A stretch of DNA of 64,000 nt from the human T2T-CHM13v2.0 reference genome, Homo sapiens. Of this stretch, positions 46,601-64,000 are shown piece after piece (the first letter of the stretch is position 1; each line of letters opens with the position of its first letter). The position numbers and the translations under genes are program-made. Under the pieces are notes generated by a model. That model was not told the origin of the DNA, did no database searches, and worked only from the letters and a program-made list of their open reading frames with translations. The DNA lies in NCBI RefSeq assembly GCF_009914755.1, contig NC_060936.1, one strand, 5' to 3'.

Positions 46601-46648
46601 ATGAGGAAAATTCTGCCAGTAAATCATGGGGGGAAAAGTCTCCTTTTT

Positions 46649-46928
46649 GCCCAGGCATGGTGGCTCATGCCTGTAATCTCAGCACTTGGGGAGGCTGATG
46701 TGGGAAGATTGCTTGAGCCCAGGAGTTTGAGACCAGCCTGGGCGATGTAGTGGGACCACATCTCTACAAAAATTTTTAAAAATTAGCTGGACTTGGGTAG
46801 TGTGTGTCTGTGGTCCCAGCTACTCTGGAAGCTGAGGTGCAAAGATTGTTTGAGGCCAGGAGTTCAAGGCTGCAGTGAGATACGATTGTGCCACTGCACT
46901 CCAGCTTGGGCAACAAAGAAAGAAAAAA
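46649..46928 (+). mobile_element. AluJ-type SINE
   Basis: gattgcttgagcccaggagttt, ggagttcaaggctgcagtg. Confidence 0.93.
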
Positions 46929-48653
46929 TCTCCTCTTTGACCTTTCTCCTTGAATTCATGGACAGTCGGGCCCAGGCAATTTGATACATTTGGCTTCTGT
47001 GATTATTCTGCATGGACCTTCTTCGTGGAATCTAAAACCTCTGTATTTCTTAAGCTAAAGTAGACAGCAATAAGCCAGTAAGCTTGCGCCCAAAGTCTGA
47101 GATAGTTCCAGATCTACATCAGAGGTCTCCGCCAGCTACTGGAGGGTTGCAAGTTAGTGACAGCATCCAGTCCCCGGCGAAGCCAGCCCATGCGGGAGCT
47201 GAGGCATCTGGCTGCACCCCCTTTTCTGAGGCTGCAGTCCCCGTTGCTGCAGCACCCCGGGGCCTTCTTGTGGCTGAAGGGAAAGAACAGCTGTCCTCTG
47301 TGAGGACCGCGTCAGAGCTGAATTTTGGGAATTCCCGAGCTTCCCACTTACTAGCATTTAGGGTACAGATTTATCACCCCAATCAGGAGTGTGACTGTGA
47401 GACCTGAACAGCCTCCCCCTGGGCCAGGCTGGTGTGAGGGGGACACAGAGCACTGGAGGGGAAGCCTTGCTGCACTGCTTACAAATTATCTGAGCAGGAA
47501 GAGGACAAAGTCATACATCATCTTCCAGCCCATCATTCACCAAAAAGGATTCGGCTGCTTGGAAAGGGCTTGTGAATACATTTTCCCTGTCAGCTCAGAG
47601 AGGGTGGGGACGGAGCCTATGTTGTCTCCCAGCTCCTCACAGGGTCCAGCTCCTTGCACTGTTCCCAGCATCTCGCACGCTTCCTGGCTCATAGTAGGTG
47701 ATTAATGAATGTGAACTGAAGACGCGAATGAACAGGTGCATGTGAGTTGCTCATGGAGTCCAGGCCTGTGTGTGGTCAGTTCTGCTTTTATTGTGATGAA
47801 ACATCCAGATGCCTGAATGTATCATTGCCAGAGTCGGGCCTGTATTTCCACCAGCCTAGTAAGGGCAGCGGCAGGTGACACCTTGTAAGGGTACACGGGT
47901 GCTAGCTGTGACCCAGACACTCAGTGTGCATTAGGTCATTTAATCCTTTCAACAACCTTAACGATTTTTACGCAATGTAGAAAACAAGGCACTGGAGGAT
48001 CGTGAAGTGTGTCCAAGGTTGCTCATATGCCAGGAATGGGGACAGGACGTCCACCAGGCCGGACGGCTTTGGGGCCACGGCTCTTCACCTCTCTGCTGTC
48101 CAGAGTGCAGGAAACCTTCCAGGGTGCTTGCCTGTCCCAGGCCCCCAGACAAGTGCTTTTCCACCATCATCCCCTAGAATCTGCCTCATCGCCATAAGCA
48201 CGCTTGTTACCCCCTGCCGTGCGGATGAGAGAGCTGAGGCCTAGCAGTGTGCAGTTCATGGCTCCAAGCCGCACAGGGAGTGAGTGTCAAAGCGCAGGTC
48301 CCACCCTAGCCGTCGGATTCTGGAGCAGATTCTGAATCCTGCCTTCCCAAAAAGGGAAGCTCAGAGCCTTAACTTGACATCCATGGTTTGGTGCCAGATG
48401 CGGCACTGTGCTGAACTGCCTTGGCCTCCTTCAGAGGAAGGGGAAGGGGGCTTGGTTGTCCCTGGCTTCCCAGCTGCGGCACTGGAGGCACTCTGCTTGA
48501 CCTGGTGGAGCCCCTATTTCCTCATGAGGAAATGAATGTAAGACCACACTAGCCCTTGCAAAGCTGCTGAGAAGCCTTTGCAGAACCCTGGAGCATGTGG
48601 AAGGTACACACATGAGGGCCATTTGTCTCATTCTTCTGCTTCTTCAGTATTGG

Positions 48654-49410
48654 GTTTCAAAGGGAATGCTTCTGCCCATTCAGTGTGATATTGGCTGTTG
48701 GTCTGTCATAAGTAGCTCATATTATTTTGAGATACGTTCCATTAATGCCTAGTTTATTGAGAGTTTTTAGCATGAAGGGGTGTTGAATTTTATCGAAGGC
48801 CTTTTCTGCATCTTTTGAGATAATCATGTGGTTTTTGTCGTTGGTTCTGTCTGTGTGATGGATTACGTTTATTGATTTGCATATGTTGAACCAGCCTTGC
48901 ATCCCAGGGATGAAGCCGACTTGATCGTGGTGGATAAGCTTTTCGATGTGCTCACCTGAGTGAGGACGAAAGCACTGGGGAATTCTAAGTAGGGGAGTAG
49001 TGATACAGGAGTTATTCAGAAATAACTGAATAACTGGATTCGGTTTGCCAGTATTTTATTGATGATTTTTGTATCGATGTTCATCAGGGATATTGACCTG
49101 AATTTTTGTTGTTGTCGTTGTGTCTCTGTCAGGTTTGGGTATCAGGATGATGCTGGCCTCATAAAATGAGTTAGGGAAAAGTCCCTCTTTTTCTATTGTT
49201 TGGAATAATTTCAGAAGAAATGGTACCGGCTCTTCTTTGTACCTCTGGTAGAATTCGACTGTGAATTCATCTGGTTCTGGGCTTTTTTTGGTTGGTAGGC
49301 TATTAATTACTGCCTCAATTTCAGAACGTATTAGTCTATTCAGGGATTCGACTTCTTCCTGGTTTAGTCTCGGGAGGGTGTATGTGTCCAGGAATTTATC
49401 CATTTCTTCT
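48654..49410 (-). mobile_element. Internal L1PA ORF2 fragment (no 3'UTR or poly-A) with an 81-bp non-L1 insert at 48953-49033
   Basis: Translates to L1 ORF2 ([36 protein letters not shown]); flanked by cttcttcagtat at 48639-48650 and 49406-49417. Confidence 0.93.
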
Positions 49411-49448
49411 TCAGTATCAAGCACCCTCTTCCCAAAGCCCCAGCTTCA

Positions 49449-50177
<729 letters not shown>

Positions 50178-50539
50178 TCATTTGTGAGTCACTGAGGGGC
50201 TCCAGGGCTCCAGAAGATTCTCCACACTGCATGGTTACTGCCAGCACACCACCTGGTTTTCTGGGTTCGTCTTCTTGCTCCACCATTCGATACCTCTGTG
50301 GTGGTTGTTTCCTCCCTCTCTGTGCCTCAGTATCCCTGCTTGTAAAATGCAGTTGCTATAAGGATTGGGATAAAGTGTTTACAGCAGAGCCTGGCCAATA
50401 GCAAACTTTGTACAGGTGTTTGTTGAATACATTTCTGTGAACCAAAGCAATGGTGTATGGACATCTGTAGAACTGGCTCTTCAGAGCCCCGTGGGAAATT
50501 GTCCAGGAATGGAGTGAGGGGGTTGTGAAACATAGCCAT

Positions 50540-50950
50540 CGTTAGAGATTGTATTATATACAAGTACAACGTATTTCATTGTCACTGCACTTCTATATAA
50601 TACAAATTATATAAACAAAATTAATATATTTAATCATAAATAGATTTAAACGACATTAAAAACAAAGATAATAAACCCTCAAAGCTCATCGCTTCCCAGT
50701 GATTACACTCTACATTGCTGTGATCTATGCTCTTGAGTTCATTCATGTTTATTGTATCTAAACGGTAAAAATACTACAGATATGTTCCTCCAGTCTCTTC
50801 CAACTGCAGTTCAGAATCCCCCTGCAGTAGCTTAGACTGAAGAGCATTTGCACCATGGAAACTAGCAAACAACATAAAGCCGGGCTTTGGTTTTCCCACC
50901 CATCAGAGAGCTGTTGTTATATGTTTGCCAGTGCACGAGGATGAAGCTAT
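50540..50950. mobile_element. MER63-type (longer subfamily) fragment
   Basis: aataaaccctcaaagctcatcgcttcc; tgcaccatggaaactagcaaac; gagctgttgtta. Confidence 0.55.
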
Positions 50951-51457
50951 CACTGGTCTCAAGTAATTCCCTTTAAAATGGAAAGACACTAAGGGGACGA
51001 CATTCTAAGTTGCTTTCATCTTGAAAAGCAGTGACAGGTTTTATCAGATCACAGAAATGGCCAAGGTTTTGAACTTGGAATGGAGCAGAATGAAACATGG
51101 GGGAGGAAGGGCCCCCTGCAGCTCCAGGGAAGCTCTCCAGTGAGAGGAAGGAGGGTAGCAGGTGTCCAGCAGGCACTGTGGATTTTCTAGGAGCACGTTG
51201 ATATCATAGGCAGGTACAATCTCTGGGACCTTCCATGTTCCATATATGATGATATGTACATTTCTGTGTTCTGGCCGAATCTCCCTCCAAGACTTCTGCC
51301 TCCTATAAACATCTTACTTTTCATTGTTATGTCTCTTCTAGTGGGAGATAGAATGGCCGTCCTCATATATTAAAAGGGCCATTATGCAGGAAGGCAAACA
51401 GCTGTGGGGAAACATTCCTAGGAAGAAGAGTTCAGTTGAACTAAAGAAAGACTTTTT

Positions 51458-52264
<807 letters not shown>

Positions 52265-52273
52265 TAACTCTTA

Positions 52274-52500
52274 AGTGGTTCTTAATTTGGAGGGGATATT
52301 TCCCCTAACCCTTGCCCAAGGGAATGTGGCAGTGTCTGGAGACATTTTTGGTTGCCACTACTGGGGAGTGGGGTGCTACTGTCATCTAGTAGGTGGAGGC
52401 CAGGATACTGCAAAACACCCCAAAAAACACAGGACAGCCCCCCACAGCAAAGATTCATCCATCCCCAATGTCAGTAGTGCCGAGGCTGAGAAACCCTGCT
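52274..52500 (-). mobile_element. MER20 DNA transposon
   Basis: gtctggagacatttttggttg...atgtcagtagtgccgaggctgagaaaccctg. Confidence 0.88.
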
Positions 52501-52539
52501 CTGGGATGCAATGAACCTCCAGTCTCAGGCCGTACTAAG

Positions 52540-53050
52540 ATGATGCGTTAAGCGGATTGCTCTTCCCCCTTCCAGCCATCCCACTGGATGCAAATATTGA
52601 GCTGACGGAGGGCGCGGAGGTTTCTGAGGGACAGCAAAGCACCTTTCCCTTCTTCCTCCTCCTCCTCTAATTTGCATCCACTTTTCCTTTTGCGGCAGAT
52701 GTATGTCATGTTTACAGCACGTAACGCTTCAAAGTTAGACTTTGAGGTGTAGAGTCCATAAAAAATGGCTTCTCCCTGGATAGTCGGAGATTTCCATTCA
52801 TATTTAGGAGACGGGGACTGACACGTTGTGTGTTCATTTTATTTTAGAAATGTGACAATGCAATAATTCACAGAGACAGAGCCAAAGCTTTGTAGTCTAC
52901 TCGGCGACACCTTCTGGACCTAGAACACAGTCTGCTTGGCTGGGTGGGGACACGTTCGTAGGCACATTGGGTTGTTGCATTTTCAGTCTTACATCGAAGT
53001 ATTACTGTTTTGAAGATCGTTACCATCTTTATTCAGAGCCCTTGGTGACT
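52540..53050. promoter_or_regulatory. Candidate POU/SOX/TCF enhancer
   Basis: ATGCAAAT at 52588-52595 and ATTTGCAT at 52670-52677; ttcaaag, acaatg, ctttgt; locally retained CpGs; repeat-free. Confidence 0.4.
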
Positions 53051-53653
53051 TTAACTTTGAGAAGTGACAGCATTCTCCAGACATTCCTATCTCCAAGACG
53101 GACATGTGGTGAGTGAGGCAAGAGCTGGGGGAATCTACCCTTTCTCAATAATAGGAAAAGTAATTAAGGGAACACACAAAACTGGGCACAGGAATGAAAA
53201 TGGATTGGGAGGAAATTAGCCCGAGGAGAGTCTACAAGCTAAGAGGCAAAGGACCATCCCACCCAGCAGACCCTCCTTCTCAGTTAGCCTCAGGGACTTT
53301 TTCAAAGCCCTGCCCTGTGGAAAGTGTGGGTCGCTAAGACTTTGAAAATACTTACTGCTTCTGGAGAAATGCTGTTTCCTTGACAACATGCCTTTTCTCT
53401 TTATTTTTCACTTGCCTTTTTATATTCTCACCATCGTTGAAGAAACAATGACAAGCAAATTACCCTGTGGGAGGAGAGATTTTGACAGGCATAGCCTCTC
53501 AGCGCTTGGGCAGTCCGGGGAAGTTCTGGTGACCATTATATCTCATTGCCAATGTCACCTGAACCGAATCTTGGCAGAGAATTTGCAACAGCTGCGGAAA
53601 TAAATGCATCTCTTTAAGAATGTGTTTTTAGATGCTTGTAAACATGTGTGCAT

Positions 53654-53658
<5 letters not shown>

Positions 53659-53700
<42 letters not shown>
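53659..53700. repeat. Perfect (CA)21 microsatellite
   Basis: Seen directly in sequence. Confidence 0.98.
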
Positions 53701-53701
<1 letters not shown>

Positions 53702-54229
53702 CTCAGCACTTTTAGTGCTAGTACTAGTGTGAAATCCAAGAAAGAAACAATGTCAGGAAATCGTAATGATTCTAAGGCTGTAAATTGCTACTCTGTTCTA
53801 GAAACTTACTAGCTCAGCCCATTTGAGAGCCAAAGTGGAGAAAGGGGTGCCAGGGTATTCCGGAAACCCAGCCACCGACCAAGGGACTTTCTGGAGTGAT
53901 TGGCTGTGCACAGATCTTGCGTGGTATTGCTCATTCAATAGCTCCCTGCTATGCTATGGCAGAGTGCCCCGCCGGTGTCTGGTTCCAGGGAGCTCAGTGA
54001 AGTTTGCTTCCTGCTCTTCCTCACCCATCCTCCTTGTTCTAATCAGCCCCTTCAAGCAACTGTTTAGCTGGCATTTGCTCACCCTCTTCCCCGACCAACT
54101 TCACTATGTTGTTCTAGCCCTGAAATGAAGAACTTGGCCATAATCTAACACACTAACCATTCTTAGCAATTTTACACCAACTGCCCCAAAATGAGCTACT
54201 TTGGTCTCTCTCTGGCCTTCAGTATAGTC

Positions 54230-54483
54230 TTTTATACATATAAATTGTGTGCGTGTGTGTGTGTGTGTGTATGCCTGCATGTATATGTGCATATATACAC
54301 AAGCACACACGTGAAAGGCGTAGATCTTAAGTGCCCCATGTAATCAGTTTCAATGGTGTGTATGAGTGTGTGTGTGTGGGTATATATATATATATATATA
54401 TATATATGCATGCATATGTGCATGTATACACAGGCACACACGTGAAAGACGTAGATCTTAAGTGCCCCATGTAATCAGTTTCA
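54230..54483. repeat. Tandem duplication (131-bp offset) built on TG/TA microsatellites at the end of an L1M fragment
   Basis: gcacacacgtgaaag.cgtagatcttaagtgccccatgtaatcagtttca x2. Confidence 0.92.
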
Positions 54484-54647
54484 TCGACCGCTCATCAAGA
54501 CACAGAGTGTTCCAGTCACCCTTGGAATCTCCCTGGGGCCCCTTCATAGTCAAGGAACACCCTCCACATCTCCATAGGTCAGTTTTGCCAGTCCTGGAAT
54601 TTTGTACCCACAGGATCATACAGTCTGCCACTGGCCTCATTCTCTAG

Positions 54648-55052
54648 ATCTGCACTGTCAATGAAGTACTCACTAGCCATGTGTGGCTGCTTCCATTAAA
54701 ATTAATTAAAACCAAACTTCAAAACACAGTTCTTCCATTGCAGTAGCCACATTTCAGGTGGCCACTGACCACACACACAGTGGTGTCCTGATCAGTATTT
54801 AGCCACTGGCTCTCTAATGGGAAAGAGCAGAGTTCTAATTTGTAGCACTTGCCAGTTCCCACGGTGTAACTACTCACACCATAGCTAATTTCAAAGATGG
54901 CTGCATTTACCAACTGGCTGGAAAAATTTATCAGATTTAAACTACTGGCTCCAGCCTACCACTGCATGGCATGTGGCTAGTTGTTAATGTGAACAGTGTG
55001 GATCATAGAACATTTCTCTCAACTCAGCCAGTTCTATTGGAGAGCAGTGCTC
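54648..55052. mobile_element. MER3/MER33-type element interrupted by MER63 (54778-54964)
   Basis: cactagccatgtgtggct, gcagtagccacatttca; MER63 cagtggtgt...ccactg termini. Confidence 0.75.
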
Positions 55053-55155
55053 TGAATGTGTACCCTGTTTGATTGACTGATTTTACCATTTATTATTACC
55101 TGGCAAATTAACATTATGCATATAATATTTAGTATTTTAAAATATTGATATTATT

Positions 55156-55457
<302 letters not shown>

Positions 55458-55695
55458 TTATAAATATTATAATACTAAATATTGTATATTAATGTTATAT
55501 ATACTTGTTTTCTGTTCCTACAACTAGAAAATGACTTTCTTCAAACGTCAAAAACTTTCTTTGCAATAACTAGGATGCAAAGGGCTCTTAATAATTACTT
55601 ACCGAATGAAAACAAGTTGAATGTTTTCAAACAAAACAAAAAATCCATTAACAGAAAAGCTTTTATAAATAAAATTTTCTCTTTTCAGTTCATAC

Positions 55696-56150
55696 CTCAG
55701 TGCTGTTCATCCCACCCAGGTTGATAAAGGTTGCGATTCTTCATGCCAAGAAAAAAGTTTTTATCCACAAATACATATGGAGGATCCTTTCAAGGCTGTT
55801 CCTCCTGGGGTGCTTTAGAGAGTCCCAGATCACATAATTAAAGACCAAGGGTGCAGACTAGCAGGACTGGTCCCCGGGCAGTGGGCGGCAGGTGCCTCTG
55901 TCTCCGTTCCTTCTCCTCCACGTGTTCTCCAGCTGTTTCCTCTCCCCTGTCCACCCCAGTCAGTACTGATGGGGGCGTTTTCCTGCTAGACGAGGGTGGA
56001 AGGGCAGGTATTCACACCAGGATGCCAACTACTAAGCGGTGTTACAGATGATGAGACGTGTGGTTTTTCTAACTCACCTTGACTTTCTTCTTGCCCACCA
56101 TGCTCATGTTAGAGGAAGAGGATGGGGGAGAAAGGAGGCGAGAATAAAAG
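55696..56150 (-). ncRNA. Putative spliced exons of a minus-strand lncRNA or smORF transcript: 56150-56078 and 55985(or 55982)-55696
   Basis: Acceptor T12-CCAG| at 56151; donor AAG|GTGAGT at 56077; pyrimidine tract with TAG|CAG| acceptor at 55986/55983; donor GAG|GTATGA at 55695. No transcript evidence available. Confidence 0.45.
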
Positions 56151-57659
56151 CTGGAAAAAAAAAAAACCATAGCCTCTTAGCTGCTGTAGCACAGAGCGTT
56201 TAAGGGCTTGCTACTGTGTTACCGTGATGTCTGTGAGATGGAGGTTGAACTGAGAGAGCGTGAGAAGGAGTGCAGGACAGACTACTTGTGAGATTTAAAG
56301 GCAAGCTGATGTCCCTCCATTATATATTTTTATATGCTCATATATATATATATATATATTCTGTCCACAACACAGAAGTGAAAGTGATTGTTTAAATCTT
56401 TAGGTCTGATCATGCTACTCCCCTGCTCAGAATTTCCCAGTGCTTTCCCACCCCACTCAGACTCATATATATATACATGTGGGAATATAGATATAAAAAA
56501 TTTCACATGCCTCAGTCAGAAATTTTCTCGCCTCACTCAGACTCATGTCTATATATGTATGAGGGCATGTGAAATATTTGTTTCATGAGCGTCCTTCTAT
56601 TAAAGAGCCACCAACTGAACAGGACAGTAGCTGGCATTTTTTTACAACATCCTGAAATATACTTTTCAAGCCAACAAACAAAAGAACCTGGATGTTCCCT
56701 TTCGTCCACGTGTATGCCACCAAAATCGTTGTGTTTGCAGACATGTCATGGACCCCAAAATAAGCCTGAGAAGCCACAGGCTTAGAGTCTAGGCTGGACA
56801 TTCACATTTCAGCCGTTCCTTCAAGATATAATCCCAACTGAATTCCAATTGAAGGGACTAAGTATGGATGAATAAGCATGAGTGGGAGGCTAGCAAGGGA
56901 GGTGATTGGGGGAAGGAGGCCCTTATGTCGCCCTATCTTGGTGAGCACTCAGTTCCCTTCACCGAGTGTGAAAGAGACTGGGTTTTGAGCCAAGAGTTTT
57001 GCTCTGATCCAAGAACCAGCTTTGGTCATGGATGTGGTTCATCTAGGCAATGCTTGTACCTGGCTTTTGTCGTAGGAGCTTTCCTGGCCCTTCAGTGGTC
57101 AGAAGCACCAGTGGGTTTTCTTTCCCTCGCCTTGCCCTGGAAGAGATCACCTGGCCACCACGATGGCTCCCAGACAATGTGAAGCAAATTCCCCCCTTCC
57201 ACACCCTCATTGCCCCTGGCAGTGTATTTAGAGGAATGACTTTGTGGGTGGGGCCTGGCACCTCACTGAATTCAGTGAGGGGCAGGAGACTGCTGGAGAC
57301 CTAAGCCAGTGAATAATGATGCATTCTGCAACTGCCACATTGAATGATATATTTTATCATAGCATAAGCTCCTTATAGAGAGCCTTTGTGGTTGTGTTAG
57401 TGTTGGCATACCCACTGATCAATGCTCAATAACAAGCCAATCACAAAGCCAAATCCTGAAGAGTGGAGTGGGAATAATATTGATGGTCAATCAGGGGAAT
57501 AGGGTTTAAGAACTAGCTCTGGCTCTGTATCAAGAGGCAATTCTAGAAAAGTCCCCAAGTTCTAAATGCCAAATCTGCATTGGTTTCGTAAAGAGAATAG
57601 TGACTGTCCTTTCTATCCCATGGGATGATTCATTAGTAGCACTCTCCAGCCTTTCTTTA

Positions 57660-57890
57660 GTGATTACCCTCTATCAGGCACTGTACTAAGCCCTCATTGC
57701 CTTATCTCATTTAATTCATGGCCGCAGGAGCACTTGCAGTTATAATACCAATTTTTCAGATGAGGGAACCAAGGCTTACTTTTGAGTAAGACTCATTCAA
57801 GGTGTAGAGTGAGTAAGGAGTGGAGTTGAGATTTCAGCCCAGCATTGTCTGGCTCCAAAGACCAAATCCTTGACCATAGTGTAGCCCTGT
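57660..57890 (-). mobile_element. MIR SINE
   Basis: tatctcatttaatt...atttttcagatgagggaaccaaggct. Confidence 0.75.
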
Positions 57891-58844
57891 TGTGGCCAAA
57901 CAGAAGGTGACAGGCAAGGTGCTCTGTAGACAAACAGAACAAACTGCACCACTGCAGGGACATTTGTTATCATTGATAAGGAGCAGGAACTCTAGCTAGA
58001 GACAAAAAGGGGTCAGATGAATTTCACCAACTTGCTGCCTGGAGCCTCCATTTTTCTTGAAATACAATAGCGTTGAGGTTGATGGATTTGGCTGCAATTG
58101 AGCAATTTGGGCATCTAAATCCCATTGATTCTGTCCATGAATTTTGCTTCCGGCGGCCCTGCCTTGGTCAGCACGGAGCAGCACATACATCTCAGCAATG
58201 TCAGTGGGCTGCTTGTGCCCAATGGAGCGAGAGCCAGTCGGAGATTAGTCCCTGCACTATTCCTGTGACGTCTCTTTGGCTGGCATAAAAATTGCCAACA
58301 GCCCAATGGATTCCCTGAGAGCTGCAAGCACACGAGAAACTTTTTAAAACCACTCAGGGCTTTTTCAGCGTGTCCTCAACTGGATCCTGCTCCTACTCTG
58401 TCCCTGATGTGCTGACACTGACCTCCATGCCTCTGCCAGGGGCTTGCGGACCTGGTGCTGACCCACGGCATTCCTCTTTGGCTACCGCTCCTTGGTTCTT
58501 TCTCAAGGACGAGGTTGTACCGGCTCTCAACTGCACCAGTTCCCAACTTCAGGTTGCCTCCAGGAGTCTGCTTACCCCACTGTCCTCTTATGGACCACTT
58601 GCCAGTGACCTTTTTGGCTGTATCAGTTCTTTTTTTTTTTTTTATACTTTAAGTTTTAGGGTACATGTGCACAACATGCAGGTTTGTTACATATGTATAC
58701 ATGTGCCATGTTGGTATGCTGCACCCATTAACTCGTCGTTTACATTAGGTATATCTCCTAATGCTTTCCCTCCCCACTCCCTGCACCCCACGACAGGCCC
58801 CGGTGTGTGATGTTCCCCTTCCTGTGTCCAAGCATTCTCATGGT

Positions 58845-62650
<3,806 letters not shown>

Positions 62651-62713
62651 TATGATGTTAGCTGGTTATTTTGCTCGTTAGTTGATGCATTTTCTTCCTA
62701 GCCTCGATGGTCT

Positions 62714-63729
62714 TTACAACTTGGCATGTTTTTGCAGTGGCTAGTACCGGTTGTTTCTTTCCATGTTTAGTGCTTCCTTCAGGAGCTCTTTTAGGACAGG
62801 CCTGGTGGTGACAAAATCTCTCAGCATTTGCTTGTCTGTAAAGTATTTTATTTCTCCTTCACTTATGAAGCTTAGTTTGGCTGGATATGAAATTCTGGGT
62901 TGAAAATTCTTTTCTTTAAGAATGTTGAATATTGGCCCCCAATCTCTTCTGGCTTGTAGAGTTTCTGCTGAGAGATCCACTGTTAGTCTGATGAGCTTCC
63001 TTTTGTGGGTAACCCGACCTTTCTCTTTGGCTGCACTTAACATTTTTTCCTTCATTTCAACTTTGGTGAATCTGACAATTATGTGTCTTGGAGTTGCTCT
63101 TCTCCAGGAGTATCTTTGTGGCGTTCTCTGTATTTCCTGAATTTGAATGTTGGCCTGCCTTACTAGATTGGGGAAGTTCTCCTGGATAATATCCTGCAGA
63201 GTGTTTTCCAACTTGGTTCCATTCTCCCCATCACTTTCAGGTACACCAATCAGATGTAGATTTGGTCTTTTCACATAGTCCCATATTTCTTGGAGGCTTT
63301 ATTCATTTCTTTTTATTCTTTTTTCTATAAACTTCTCTTCTCACTTCATTTCATTCATTTGATCTTCAATCACTGATACCCTTTCTTCCAGTTGATCAAA
63401 TCGGCTACTGAAGCTTGTGCATTCGTCACATAGTTCTCGTGCCATGGTTTTCAGCTCCATCAGGTCATTTAAGGACTTCACTACACTGGTTATTCTAGTT
63501 AGCCATTCATCTAATCTTTTTTCAAGGATTTAGCTTCTTTGCTTTGGGTTCGAACTTCTTCCTTTAGCTCGGAGAAGTTTGATTATCTGAAGCCTTCTTC
63601 TCTCAACTCGTCAAAGTCATTCTCCATCCAGCTTTGTTCCATTGCTGGCGAGGAGCTGCATTCTTTTGGAAGGGGAGAGGTGCTCTGATTTTTAGAATTT
63701 TCAGCTTTTCTGCTCTGTTTTTTCCCGAT
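62714..63729 (-). pseudogene. L1 ORF1 (RNA-binding protein), disrupted
   Basis: KRPNLHLIGVPE...YPAKLS motifs; start codon reads ATC (63729-63727); premature TAG at 62743-62741. Confidence 0.95.
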
Positions 63730-64000
63730 CTTTGTGGTTTTATCTACCTTTGGTCTCTGATGATGGTGACATACAGATGGGGTTTTGGCGTGGATGTCCT
63801 TTCTGTTTGTTAGTTTTCCTTCTAACAGTCAGGACCCTTAGCTGCAGGTCTGTTGGAGTTTGCTGGAGGTCCACTCCAGACCCTGTTTGCCTGGGTATCA
63901 GCAGTGGTGGCTGCAGAACAGCGAATATTGCTGAACAGCAAATGTTGCTGCCTGATCGTTCCTCTGGAAGCTTCGTCTCAGAGGGGTACCCAGCCCTGTG

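Noticed and set aside
48948-48975. Hammerhead-ribozyme-like string gtgctc-ac-ctgagtgaggacgaaagcac (GUGCU/AGCAC stem, CUGA, GAAA)
   Set aside because: The core is not CUGANGA and there is no sequence to form stems I and II; treated as coincidence

Overview
Primate, most likely human, non-coding euchromatin (a young AluYb-lineage element is present). About half of it is recognisable interspersed repeat: 25 Alus, a near-full-length dead L1PA4-like element cut by the right edge, a 5'-truncated L1PA5-like element, older L1/L2/MIR fragments, MaLR LTRs (MLT1/MST) and hAT-type DNA transposon fossils (MER5, MER20, MER58, MER63, MER102, MER3/33). I see no recognisable protein-coding gene, tRNA/rRNA or CpG island. 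The long ORFs on the track are L1 remnants, Alu read-through or products of a 24-bp tandem repeat. The main observations are: (1) a coherent minus-strand splice architecture at 55.7-56.15 kb that joins a 61-aa small ORF the unspliced ORF track cannot show; (2) a 1.4-kb, 24-bp minisatellite born inside an MLT1 LTR, next to a 35-bp micro-inversion; (3) an atypical tailless internal L1 fragment with a 12-bp flanking duplication and an 81-bp foreign filler; (4) an inverted pair of perfect POU octamers and other repeat-free enhancer-like blocks; (5) several local direct and inverted duplications and deep TE nesting. Repeat subfamily names come from recalled consensus features, not a database run. 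I could not identify the locus, and I found no evidence for a novel multi-gene system.
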